A stretch of 64,000 nucleotides of DNA, taken from NCBI GenBank assembly GCA_965218695.1, contig OZ244651.1, positions 1-64,000 on the forward strand, in the 5' to 3' direction. Below, piece by piece: positions 1 to 9,213 of the stretch. The notes under the pieces are model-generated. The model saw only the letters and a list, made by a program, of their open reading frames with translations, was not told the DNA's origin and made no database searches. Position 1 is the stretch's first letter, and each line of letters starts with the position of its first letter. The position numbers and the translations under genes are program-made. The stretch is from Nitrosopumilus sp. (GTDB lineage Archaea; Thermoproteota; Nitrososphaeria; Nitrososphaerales; Nitrosopumilaceae).

Positions 1-510
1 GTAAGCCCGTTTGACCTCATACTGACAGGCAGCATTGCAGGGGAGGCCCGGTCGTACCTGCTGGACCTTGACTACAGGGTCGCGCCCCCAAAGAACCAGG
101 TAATAGACATCACCAGCTCTGAGATTTCAAGGGACGGCCAGGACAACCTGATGATAACTGGAATCGTCACCAACAGGGGTGACATCACGGCAAATACGGT
201 GGCAGTGATTGCGACCTTGTACGATGACAACGGCAACGTGGCTGCCGTCTCAAGGATCAATCCGGAGCCTGACTACCTTAGGGCAGACGGGGATGCGTTC
301 TTTCTGGTATCCGTGCCAGACAAGATCCAGACCAGCGGCGTCAGCAGATACGCCCTGGTCGCAGAATCAGAAGAGTATGCAGCAGTTCCCGAGTTTCCGG
401 TGGGCGTCACGGTGCTGCTTGTAATAGCGCTGTCTGCCTGCATCATGGTGACAAGATACTCAGGCAGGGTCTTCATAGAAGGCCGGAATTTTGCAGCCTA
501 TCCAGCGTAG
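1..510 (+). CDS. FxLYD-domain surface protein with PEF-CTERM sorting signal (5' partial)
   Basis: Frame 1 open from base 1; ATLYDDNGNV (FxLYD-like motif); C-terminal VPEFP + hydrophobic helix + basic residues. Confidence 0.8.
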   Translation, partial: VSPFDLILTGSIAGEARSYLLDLDYRVAPPKNQVIDITSSEISRDGQDNLMITGIVTNRGDITANTVAVIATLYDDNGNVAAVSRINPEPDYLRADGDAFFLVSVPDKIQTSGVSRYALVAESEEYAAVPEFPVGVTVLLVIALSACIMVTRYSGRVFIEGRNFAAYPA

Positions 511-952
511 GGCTTATCTCGGAGATCAGCCGGGCGGCATCCAGCGGGGTTGGTCCTGAGAAGACTACCGGAAACGTCACAGTCAACATGTCCTGATCCG
601 TGTGGGAGATCCTTACGGAGTGGGTCCTGCAGCCGGCCTCGCCAAGAAAACGCTTCCACTTCTTCAGGTGTCCGGCCACCCGGAGCACGTTTTGCTCCAC
701 CTCGGAGAGCGCGACGTTCAGGTCGGTATCAAACAGCCTGAACTTTACAAGCGGGACCATTATGACGCCTCCCGGAACCGGTACGTGGTTCTTTATCATG
801 GCCGCGGCAGCCTCTTCAAAGTCCTGGTCCGGATTGATCTCGCCATAGTCTGGATCAAAGTATCCTGCGATCATCTTCTTGGAGTCGTATATACGAAAGT
901 AGCCCTCATCAAAATCCAGCTTCCACAACGCTATAATGGATTGATTTGTCAA
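473..952 (-). CDS. hypothetical protein
   Basis: 159-aa ORF with typical composition; divergent from next gene across an AT-rich spacer. Confidence 0.7.
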   Translation of the reverse strand: MTNQSIIALWKLDFDEGYFRIYDSKKMIAGYFDPDYGEINPDQDFEEAAAAMIKNHVPVPGGVIMVPLVKFRLFDTDLNVALSEVEQNVLRVAGHLKKWKRFLGEAGCRTHSVRISHTDQDMLTVTFPVVFSGPTPLDAARLISEISPTLDRLQNSGLL

Positions 953-1002
953 TTAATAAACGGTCAACTATTCATAAATAACCAAGGGGGGGAAGGAATC
1001 GT

Positions 1003-1398
1003 ATGGCAATTTCCAAGGAGAACAGGGCCTTCATCGACAGTCTCATAGACTACTACATTAGCGAGTCAGAGTCGTACAGGCAGATAGCAGAAAAGTTCGT
1101 GCCGGTGGTGGAGTCGGTTTCAGACACGGCATTTGGCGTCATTGCAGGGTGCGTGTATTCCGGATTCCTGCAGGCATACCAAACCCAGCAGCAGACGCCG
1201 GACCTGGACGACATCAGGGAGTTCAACCAGATACTCAAGGGTAGGTCCGCATTAATCAAGAAATCCATAATGGAGTCAATGGGCACGGAGGTTCCCAAGG
1301 ATGAATCCCATGCAAAGACGGCGCCAAACTCCCGAGATGGCCCCACACGCGTAGAACCTACTAGGCGCGCAAAACAAGACAAAACAATACAATTTTAA
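1003..1398 (+). CDS. conserved thaumarchaeal hypothetical protein
   Basis: 131-aa ORF, ATG start after AT-rich spacer. Confidence 0.7.
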   Translation: MAISKENRAFIDSLIDYYISESESYRQIAEKFVPVVESVSDTAFGVIAGCVYSGFLQAYQTQQQTPDLDDIREFNQILKGRSALIKKSIMESMGTEVPKDESHAKTAPNSRDGPTRVEPTRRAKQDKTIQF

Positions 1399-1421
1399 TT
1401 CAGGCTGCAGTACGCTGGATC

Positions 1422-1514
1422 ATGAAGGTTGAAGGGGGCAAGATTATCTTTGGCTTGGGCGTGGCAGGCGCGGTCGCAACGGCTGCAGTCGCACTCTATT
1501 TTTCGATTCGCTAG
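1422..1514 (+). CDS. small single-pass membrane protein (30 aa)
   Basis: Manually translated MKVEGGKIIFGLGVAGAVATAAVALYFSIR*; below the ORF-track cutoff; fills the intergenic gap. Confidence 0.5.
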   Translation: MKVEGGKIIFGLGVAGAVATAAVALYFSIR

Positions 1515-1540
1515 AGATAAATCACGACGAATCCGCCATC

Positions 1541-1864
1541 ATGGCATTGTCGGCGACAAACGAGTTTAGGATCACGCAGATAGTGGACAACGGTCATACC
1601 GTCCAGATGACGCTGATCGAGAACGTGTCCACCGAGCCGATATCGCAAAAGCAGATGATAATAGAAAACGTCTCAAAAAAGCTCGATTCTGAGACCAAGG
1701 AACACGTAATGCCGCTCCTAGAGGCCATACTGCAGGCCCAGCCCACGGTAAACATCAAGACATACCAGCAGACCCAGATCACAATTGCGATGCCCAAGTC
1801 AAGGTACAACAGCATCAAACGGCCCCAGGTAGGGGATACAATCGAGATCAACCTGAGGACGTAG
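1541..1864 (+). CDS. hypothetical protein
   Basis: 107-aa ORF; ends RPQVGDTIEINL (beta-barrel-like). Confidence 0.7.
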   Translation: MALSATNEFRITQIVDNGHTVQMTLIENVSTEPISQKQMIIENVSKKLDSETKEHVMPLLEAILQAQPTVNIKTYQQTQITIAMPKSRYNSIKRPQVGDTIEINLRT

Positions 1865-1897
1865 GCTCAACCCGGGACACGGCAAGGCCCGTGCGGC

Positions 1898-2662
1898 TCA
1901 CGCCAGAAACCCCACGGCGTGTCTTCCCTCGTCGGTAAGCATTATCCAGCGGTTGCGCCCTATCTTTTCAACCCTGACGAACTTCCACTGGTTTTCCAGG
2001 GGGTCTATGATGTTGTTTTGAAGGCTGGCATACCTTACCTGGGAGTAATTTGACTCCCCGGCACTGACAGCAATCAGTTTGTTGTCGTCGGCTACCTGCG
2101 CCATCTCCTTTTTGGTGATCCTTTGATCCTTGTGTTCTGCCACTATCTTCAGGGCCTGAAGCAGTTTCGGTTTTGGGATCTGCATCCCATAAACTGGCAG
2201 CGGCACCATGTCCTTGACCCCAAAGGACTGCGGCTTGCCGTCAAGGGCGGCGTACTCTTCCGGAATGGCATAAAACGGCTTCAGGTTCTCGTACTTTTTT
2301 AGGATCATGCATGCCATCATGCACGCGATAGCCTGAATCTTCGAGCCTGATGCGACATTGACATATACAAGGTTGCGCTTCTCGGCCTCGATTATATTGC
2401 TGATATTCCTTATCATGCCAAACATGTCCATCCTGTCTACAGACTGTTTCTTCAGATCAACGCCAAGGTTCCGGCACTCCTCTTCTACCCTTTCCACATA
2501 CGGCCCGGACCGGTCCAGCGACGGGTTCTCATGGACCAAAAGCCAGAGCCTGTCTGCCTTCTTTTGTTTCAGGGGTATGACGATCCTGTCCACCTCAAAT
2601 CCCACGGGGGCGATGTGCACCCGGAGCACGTCAAGATTGTTAAGAGTATTGATACTTGCCAT
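1898..2662 (-). CDS. DUF6293/HFX_2341-family regulator (CARF/Csa3-like Rossmann domain + C-terminal winged HTH)
   Basis: VHIAPVGFEVDRI, ADRLWLL, VYVNVASGSK motifs; C-terminal VEKIGRNRWIMLTDEG wHTH wing; start taken at ATG 2662. Confidence 0.8.
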   Translation of the reverse strand: MASINTLNNLDVLRVHIAPVGFEVDRIVIPLKQKKADRLWLLVHENPSLDRSGPYVERVEEECRNLGVDLKKQSVDRMDMFGMIRNISNIIEAEKRNLVYVNVASGSKIQAIACMMACMILKKYENLKPFYAIPEEYAALDGKPQSFGVKDMVPLPVYGMQIPKPKLLQALKIVAEHKDQRITKKEMAQVADDNKLIAVSAGESNYSQVRYASLQNNIIDPLENQWKFVRVEKIGRNRWIMLTDEGRHAVGFLA

Positions 2663-2687
2663 ACTATTGATAGTATGGTAACCATAC
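2659..2687. promoter_or_regulatory. palindromic operator between divergent regulator and PIN genes
   Basis: CCATACTAT-tg-ATAGTATGG (2659-2678) overlapping GTATGG-taa-CCATAC (2673-2687): three CCATAC half-sites. Confidence 0.6.
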
Positions 2688-2715
2688 ATAATAACTTTTC
2701 CAGCCAACAGAACCC

Positions 2716-3129
2716 ATGGAACAGATGGTAGCCCTTGACTCGTGTGTGGTGATTGACCTTATGGAGAACTCCGGCCTGTCACGGAGGCTGCGTGCAGGAT
2801 TCCGGGGAAAGTCAGTCAGAATAGTGCTGTGCGACGTGGTGCTTGGAGAGGTAAGACGCGTCAGGGGATTTTCATCCAGAGTTATAATTGAAAGGGTCTC
2901 AAGGCTTCTTGCAAGACCAGTCCAGGTATCGAAGATTACAGCAGAACAGGACAGGTCTGCAAGGATGGTAACTGAGCAGTACCAGGGGTGCCACAAGGGG
3001 GACAACCAGATCCTCTCAATCTGCAGGGCAAACGACTACGTGCTGGTTACATTTGACAGGATGCTTTTAAAGGTCTCAGAGTGGGTTGGCATAGCCGTGT
3101 TTCACCCTTCAAGGGTGGGGGGAATCTAG
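2716..3129 (+). CDS. PIN-domain (VapC-like) ribonuclease
   Basis: ALDSCVVID ... VLGEV ... GDNQIL ... LVTFDRML acidic tetrad pattern. Confidence 0.85.
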   Translation: MEQMVALDSCVVIDLMENSGLSRRLRAGFRGKSVRIVLCDVVLGEVRRVRGFSSRVIIERVSRLLARPVQVSKITAEQDRSARMVTEQYQGCHKGDNQILSICRANDYVLVTFDRMLLKVSEWVGIAVFHPSRVGGI

Positions 3130-3441
3130 AATGGCAGAGGCATCATACCCCAGGATCGTCCGGGAGTTTGAAGACGATGATGACGATGAGCCCATGATTT
3201 ATTACAAATGCGGTTAGAGAGAGCAACAGGAGCCATGACGGTTTGATGGTCCCCGACAGGATAGAGGCCGGGTAACATTCCCCACGCATCCACCTGAATT
3301 TCCGGTCTTTGCCCCACATGAAACTAGCTATAGAAGGGAAGGGAAGAGATGAGATGATGAACAAGGGAACTGGAAAACAAATGTCAGGATGACGATGCGC
3401 TGGAGACGAGATGGCAAATAGTGTCTGGATCTTGGGCGGGT

Positions 3442-6120
3442 CTACGCTGTTGCAGATTTTGTCAGTTTTTCTTTGATTGTCTGGTACAGCGGCTCTTCGC
3501 TCTCTTTCTCAAGTAATTCACTGATGAATTTTTTGGGATCCCTTTTCCATTCCAAGACCTTTTGCAGGTGTCCTTCAAACGTGGGATAGACATTCCTAGT
3601 TCCCTTGCTTGTCTTCCTGTCAAACTTGCCCGTATCGATTCCTCCCCGTAGCGCTACAAAGATCACGCGTGTGCTAATTCGGTCTTCGGGAATTCCTTCC
3701 GAGATTGAAAGCATTTTTTTGTAGACTGCCAGCTGCCTGTTGTGCTTGAAGGCATTCTTTGAATTCTTGTCTGTCTTGTAATCCACAATGAGATATCCCT
3801 CATCATGCTTGAAGATTGTATCAATGGATCCGGTAAACAGTATAGTTTTTTTATCATCCGGATAGTCAGTCATTGAGCCTAGCAGGATTTCGTGACGTTT
3901 CTCTGTCGAATTCACTTTTAATCCTGGCAGTTCTTTTCTTAGTTCGTCAATTGCATCTAGTCCATTCTGCGTTGCCTTTCTTATCTTCCCATCATAATCC
4001 TCAATTTTTGCCTGATCCGTCAAAATCTTTTGCAACGCCTTGTGAGCAGAGTTGCCCAGATCCGTTCCGGCAGAGACGTATGGGAGTTTGATTATGTTTC
4101 TTTTAAAAAATTGATACGGCTCTGTCGTTATGCTCGAATACGATAAACGATCGATATTTTCAAAATAATCCTCGATATATTTCTCCAACCAGGCGCCATC
4201 GTCTTTTAGCAGTTTTTGCGAATCCAAAAATCTTCCTGCAACAAACAGCGAGTATGCCTCAGACAATCTCTCGCTTGCATGTGTTGCAACCGGTGCGTCC
4301 TTGGAATCATCAACTTCGATGGTAGAAAGGTCTTCAATATGGTAATCTTCCGAAGTTTTGCCATCGGCAACCACTGTCAATTTTTCTTTTGCCCGGGTAA
4401 ACGCAACAAAATCCACTCTCAGCGATTCCTCCTCAATCTCCTCCTCTACGTCAATCTCGCATGATGAGAGGATTGATTTTACAATGACGTCGATAAAGCT
4501 GGTTCTCTTTGACACGCTTGGAATGTACACCACAACGTCGAAATCCCTCCCCTTTGCTTTGTGAACAGTAGTCAGGGTTATGTTTGACCCACTGCTCCGT
4601 TCCACGTATGACTCTTCCCCAATGACAATGAAATCAAAGAGCCCCTCAAGTGTTGGTGCCTCAAGTGTCAGATATTCATCAACATTTTGTTTAACCGACA
4701 TCGCAGTTGCCATCCATTCGGCACCCTTGGAAACGCAGTTTGGTAGTATCTTCGTGGCAAATATCCTGTCAAGGTCATCCTTGGACAGTTTAATCTCCCC
4801 CAGTTCCATCTTGCTGAGTCTTTCATGATCTTTTGCCCTGAGTGCCCTGGAAAACTCAAACGCCTCTTTGAGTGAATATGGGGCAAAAACAGTAAAGGCT
4901 GCCGCGATCTTATCTTCCATTCTGTCTGAAAGCAGTCCCCGGATGTATCTTTGAATCTCGTTTTTTGCCTGCAGTGTTGTTGCCTTGGATGATGTGGATG
5001 TGTATCCTATGTTGTTTGTGTCTAGGAATTTTGAAATTTTGATTATCTGCCCGTTTGTTCTTGTAATAATTCCCACTGTCTTGTTTGGATTTTCCTTAAT
5101 CGCGTCCAAAATTCTTGAGAGGTAGGCATCAGTGGATATGACTTTTGGGTTTTCTCCGGTTTTATTCGAATTGAAGCGGTTTAGTTGGTCTTGGAACTCT
5201 TTCTTGTCTTTGGTTCTTTCAAGAAAATATTTTTTTGAATAATTTAAAATTTGCTGGGAGCTTCGCCTGTTTGTGGACAGTAATTTGGGCTCACACGTTT
5301 TCATGAATTTCTGAAAGTTTTTGACAGATCCCCCCTGGAATCCAAAGATTGCCTGTTTTGCATCCCCGACTAGGAACAGACTCTTTGCAACCCTTGTGAC
5401 AATTTCTGCCTCAATCTCGTTCATGTCTTGCATCTCATCAACTAGCACGTGCTCAAACCTGTCTCCACGGAATTTTTCCAGAAAAATCAAAAGCATGTCG
5501 TTATAATCGACTGCATCACACTTTGATTCTTCATATTCGCTGTATGCATCAACAAAATATCTCAAAAATGCTTTCATCTCTTCGATGGTGTATGTTGATG
5601 ATTTTTCGTCGAATCTTTCCTCTAACGGGCCCCAGGCTTTTTTGATGTCTATTTTATCTGGCGTGATTCCAAAACTTTTGATGTATCTTATTGCATTCTC
5701 AGTCTTTGGTACGATCTGTGAAATTACGTAGTCCTTTTCGTAGTTTAGTGCCTTGTTTTGCTCAAAACTATTCAGGATTGACAGCCTCATGAGATTGTTT
5801 CCAACAATCTCGCCTGAAATCCAGCCTGCATCACGCAGATAACCGTATGCAAAACTGTGAAACGTGTGAATGTTTATCTTCATGATGTCGGCAGCCGGGA
5901 ATTTGCCTTTGCCCATCTCGTAGATTGCATCAAACATCTCTTTTTTGGCCTTGTCAGTAAACGTGATGCAGAGGATGTCCTCGGGATCTACCTTATCCTC
6001 AAGTAATTTCATTACTCTTAGCGATAATGTTGTAGTCTTTCCCGTTCCAGGGTTTGATACCACGATGGTATCCCTCCCTGTGTTGATGATGTCTTGCTGT
6101 TCTTCAGAAGGTTGCATCAT
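3442..6120 (-). CDS. UvrD/REP SF1 helicase fused to C-terminal PD-(D/E)xK nuclease (AddA/RecB-like)
   Basis: PGTGKTT, VDEMQD, VGDAKQAIFGFQG, TVHKAKG, VAFTRAK; nuclease GSID...IVDYKT...QLAVY; visibly more AT-rich than its flanks. Confidence 0.92.
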   Translation of the reverse strand: MMQPSEEQQDIINTGRDTIVVSNPGTGKTTTLSLRVMKLLEDKVDPEDILCITFTDKAKKEMFDAIYEMGKGKFPAADIMKINIHTFHSFAYGYLRDAGWISGEIVGNNLMRLSILNSFEQNKALNYEKDYVISQIVPKTENAIRYIKSFGITPDKIDIKKAWGPLEERFDEKSSTYTIEEMKAFLRYFVDAYSEYEESKCDAVDYNDMLLIFLEKFRGDRFEHVLVDEMQDMNEIEAEIVTRVAKSLFLVGDAKQAIFGFQGGSVKNFQKFMKTCEPKLLSTNRRSSQQILNYSKKYFLERTKDKKEFQDQLNRFNSNKTGENPKVISTDAYLSRILDAIKENPNKTVGIITRTNGQIIKISKFLDTNNIGYTSTSSKATTLQAKNEIQRYIRGLLSDRMEDKIAAAFTVFAPYSLKEAFEFSRALRAKDHERLSKMELGEIKLSKDDLDRIFATKILPNCVSKGAEWMATAMSVKQNVDEYLTLEAPTLEGLFDFIVIGEESYVERSSGSNITLTTVHKAKGRDFDVVVYIPSVSKRTSFIDVIVKSILSSCEIDVEEEIEEESLRVDFVAFTRAKEKLTVVADGKTSEDYHIEDLSTIEVDDSKDAPVATHASERLSEAYSLFVAGRFLDSQKLLKDDGAWLEKYIEDYFENIDRLSYSSITTEPYQFFKRNIIKLPYVSAGTDLGNSAHKALQKILTDQAKIEDYDGKIRKATQNGLDAIDELRKELPGLKVNSTEKRHEILLGSMTDYPDDKKTILFTGSIDTIFKHDEGYLIVDYKTDKNSKNAFKHNRQLAVYKKMLSISEGIPEDRISTRVIFVALRGGIDTGKFDRKTSKGTRNVYPTFEGHLQKVLEWKRDPKKFISELLEKESEEPLYQTIKEKLTKSATA

Positions 6121-6279
6121 GATCGCTTTAACCTGATTTAGCCTCGGGTGCATGCAAGCGGCCCTTTATCTCCTTTGTCAACCAATTCTGCCATGCTTAC
6201 CGGTGTTATAATTATAAGTTTTGGGAAATTTTTTGTTTAAAATTGACAGGTTCCCATTCTTGCAGTTTTCAAACTAACC

Positions 6280-6391
6280 ACTGCCAATGGCAAAAAAAGA
6301 TCAGTGGTAAGTGCAGCATTTCCACTTCGGGCGTTAAGATGGGTCTTAACAAACTGCCAATGGCAAAAAAAGATCAGTAGTGAGTGCAACA
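6280..6391. repeat. two 39-bp direct repeats separated by 34 bp
   Basis: ACTGCCAATGGCAAAAAAAGATCAGT(G/A)GT(A/G)AGTGCA(G/A)CA at 6280-6318 and 6353-6391 (3 mismatches). Confidence 0.85.
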
Positions 6392-6624
6392 CAGCCCCGT
6401 TACAGGACTTTTTGAGAGTTTTAACAGGCATTATGCAGGCACGTGATCATGGTGCGACAAATCCCAGTTGGCACAGCATGTCAGATGAGACGCTCACCTG
6501 GTACCACGAACATGGCCTGCTCTATAATGGATATGGTGATGGACGACGTTATGCAATCCATAGAATGGTATTATAATCAAAGATGGGTGTTGCAGTATAA
6601 ATAGTAAAACAGCATATGTATAGC

Positions 6625-6762
6625 ATGAGGAGAAGAGTTACATTCATGATCCAAGATGATCTGGATCGGAAGGTACGACAATATCAGGCAAAGGTAATGC
6701 TGGGCAGCAACAGGACGTACAGCTACTCGGATGCCATCAATGACATACTAAAGGGTATGTGA
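6625..6762 (+). CDS. small ribbon-helix-helix (CopG-like) protein, 45 aa
   Basis: Manually translated MRRRVTFMIQDDLDRKVRQYQAKVMLGSNRTYSYSDAINDILKGM*; AT-rich TATA-like sequence upstream. Confidence 0.7.
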   Translation: MRRRVTFMIQDDLDRKVRQYQAKVMLGSNRTYSYSDAINDILKGM

Positions 6763-6940
6763 TTGGCGTACCGCACCGGTTCTGCTGGCTCGTACACAGA
6801 CTCATGAATTTTCCTCCGAGCTTGGGGGAAACGGACATGTCTACAGTATGTGTTGTTCCGGGAGAGAAGGGATGGCCATCCGGAATTTTATGTCTGTCAT
6901 ATTAGACATTAAATCATAGTAAGTGTTCACGTGGTTTAAC

Positions 6941-9199
6941 GTAAGAGGTCGCCTTTGCGAAGCGATTTCGTGCCTGATCTGCCCCGATTAATTACCAACT
7001 GAGCTACGTTTTCGGCCGTAAATGCCCATTTAATTGGCATTATTCTGAGTTTTTCCGGGGGAGTCCGACTGAGCTACGTTTTGGCAGATCCGGTGATCGG
7101 GCTTGCGAAGTGGCCTTTTTTGGCGCTGTCCGGGGCGGTGCGTTGTGCCCGAATCGGGTGGCGGGCCGGCACGGCGGCCTGACATGTCAGGCAACCGGTG
7201 CGACGGGAGTCGCGCAGGACATGCAGGGCAGCCATGGATGGATTTTGCAGGATTTATGCAGCTGTTGCTGCTACTGCCGGTATTTTTTCGACCATGCCTC
7301 GCATGTAGTCGACCAAAAAGTCGTGCGGGTTGACGCCGCGCATCCTGCACGTCTCGCGGATGGTGGCCAGGACGGCGTGGTTGTATGCGCCGGCAAGGCT
7401 CTTGCTGCCGCCTGAGACCTTCCGGGATGCGACGCTGGGCCGCAGGGGACGCTCGGCATCGTTGTTATGGCACTTTGTGTTGAGGCGGATGAATGGGAAC
7501 AGATGGGTGATCTCGCGCCGCAGCCGCTTGACAAACCGCTTGCAGTGGGGTTCGGTGTAGCTGCCAGACATCAGGCGCCTCACCCGGGCCAGGAGGTTGC
7601 GCACCTTGAGGTTTCGCGCGGCCTTGTCGTCATGCGGGTTGAGTCCCTTCTCTGCGTGCCAGGAATCGATGATTATCCCCTTTAGGGCCTTGGCAAACTT
7701 TTTGAATTCTGGCCCCGGGTTTTTCATGGCCAGGGTGCGGATGATCTCGCGGAGATAGTGGTAGTGGCACTTTTGGTGGGTTCTGCCGATGCGGTTCCAC
7801 GCGGAGTGTGAATCAGAGGTGACGTGGCCTGCGTACCCTCCAAGCAGGGTCTCCAGCACGTCTCCTCCCCGGCGCTTGTCCACGTAAAAGACAGTCGAGT
7901 TGTCACCGACTAGTATCCACAGCCAGTACAGCACACCGGCTACCCTCCAGCTGGTCTCGTCCCCGAAGACATGCTCTGAGAAGAATATCTCCTCGAGCAT
8001 CTCCTCGTAGAGCGGGTGGAGGGATCCTGTCACGGCATCCACGTGGCCGATGACAGTCGACTTTGCAAGGCCCGTGTGGTAGATTATGTTGATCAGCTTG
8101 CGGATGGGTTCGTATGGAATGTTGTACATCCTCATCGTCGTCTCAAGGCACGTCAGGCTGGCGCCGAACCGTCCACCGGGGACGACCCCTGGGATCTCGG
8201 GGGCAAACTGCCTGCCGCATTCCCTGCAGTACCTGCGGACGACGGTATACTGGATGCCGGTCAGCTTCCCGTCGATAATCTCCTCGACTACCCGGATGGT
8301 CACCTCGGTGGGCTCCTTCGAGAGGGCATGGCCGTGCGGGCAGGCGGGCATGTCGACTAGCTTTTTTTCGGATATCGGGGGAGGATCACGGCCGGTGCGC
8401 AGGCAGACGACCTTCCTGAACGGATTCGGCGCAGGCCCGGGCGATTCCCGGAGCCGCTTCTGGGAGCGGCGGCTTTTGATGCCCAGATTCTCGGCTGCCA
8501 GCGCCGAGTTGGCCGCGCGCGCCTCCCTCAACTGAGAGGCATGCTCTGATGCCTGCTGCTCCAGGCGGGCTATCCTGTCCATGACTGCCTGCGAGACGTC
8601 GCATCCCTGCAGGAGGGCGGCATTCTCTGCCCGCAGCTTCTCTACCTCTACCTTCAAATTCTCCATATCTCCTCCCAGATTCTCTATCTCTGCATCTTTC
8701 AGCTCTATCTCGGAGTCCTTTTGTTCTATCTCGGAGTCCTTTTGCACATTCTCTTCTTCCAGCAGTTTGATCCTGGCATCCATCTCCGTCAGCATCGCGT
8801 GTTCCCCTGAGAAGGCCTCTGCCTCCTCCTTCAGCTGCTCGATGTCTTTTCTCAGCGCCATGCTCTCCTCGTCCTTGGATTTGAGCATGTCAAGGACGGA
8901 TTCGAAGAGGGACCTGGTGTCTGTTACGGAGTTCCAGTCAATCTTTTCCAAGTCGATTACAGGCACCACGCCATAACACGGGAAGGCATGATCCATAAAG
9001 CTTTTGGGCACGCAGCGCCTGCCGGAAAATGCGGCGCAAAAGATCCAACCGGAAGAGCCTTGATCCGAAAACCGCCCTGTCTGAGGACCGTGTTGATAAC
9101 GTGCAATTAATCGGGTATTTATGGTCAAAAACGTAGCTCAGTTGGTAATTAATCGGGACAGATCAGGCACGGAATCGCTTCGCAAAGGCGACCTCTTAC
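6941..9199 (-). mobile_element. inner IS66-family element with ~97-bp TIRs
   Basis: TIR GTAAGAGGTCGCCTTTGCGAAGCG...; 8-bp TSD GGTTTAAC (6933-6940, 9200-9207). Confidence 0.93.
7254..8996 (-). CDS. IS66-family transposase with long N-terminal coiled coil
   Basis: CPHGH/CRECG zinc finger, GDETSW, TSDSH, QKCHYH, NNDAERPLR; (Q/L)KD(S/A)EIE heptad repeats; ORF-track start 9128 lies inside the TIR, so a later start was used. Confidence 0.9.
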   Translation of the reverse strand: MDHAFPCYGVVPVIDLEKIDWNSVTDTRSLFESVLDMLKSKDEESMALRKDIEQLKEEAEAFSGEHAMLTEMDARIKLLEEENVQKDSEIEQKDSEIELKDAEIENLGGDMENLKVEVEKLRAENAALLQGCDVSQAVMDRIARLEQQASEHASQLREARAANSALAAENLGIKSRRSQKRLRESPGPAPNPFRKVVCLRTGRDPPPISEKKLVDMPACPHGHALSKEPTEVTIRVVEEIIDGKLTGIQYTVVRRYCRECGRQFAPEIPGVVPGGRFGASLTCLETTMRMYNIPYEPIRKLINIIYHTGLAKSTVIGHVDAVTGSLHPLYEEMLEEIFFSEHVFGDETSWRVAGVLYWLWILVGDNSTVFYVDKRRGGDVLETLLGGYAGHVTSDSHSAWNRIGRTHQKCHYHYLREIIRTLAMKNPGPEFKKFAKALKGIIIDSWHAEKGLNPHDDKAARNLKVRNLLARVRRLMSGSYTEPHCKRFVKRLRREITHLFPFIRLNTKCHNNDAERPLRPSVASRKVSGGSKSLAGAYNHAVLATIRETCRMRGVNPHDFLVDYMRGMVEKIPAVAATAA

Positions 9200-9213
9200 G
9201 GTTTAACTCATTT

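Noticed and set aside
3143-3364. Small hydrophobic ORFs (also 6304-6576 and 10803-10985)
   Set aside because: No recognisable motifs or good starts; possibly decayed gene fragments.
6280-6391. Calling the repeat pair a CRISPR array
   Set aside because: Only two clear repeats, no cas genes, no typical GAAA(C/G) end; kept as a repeat and as a finding only.
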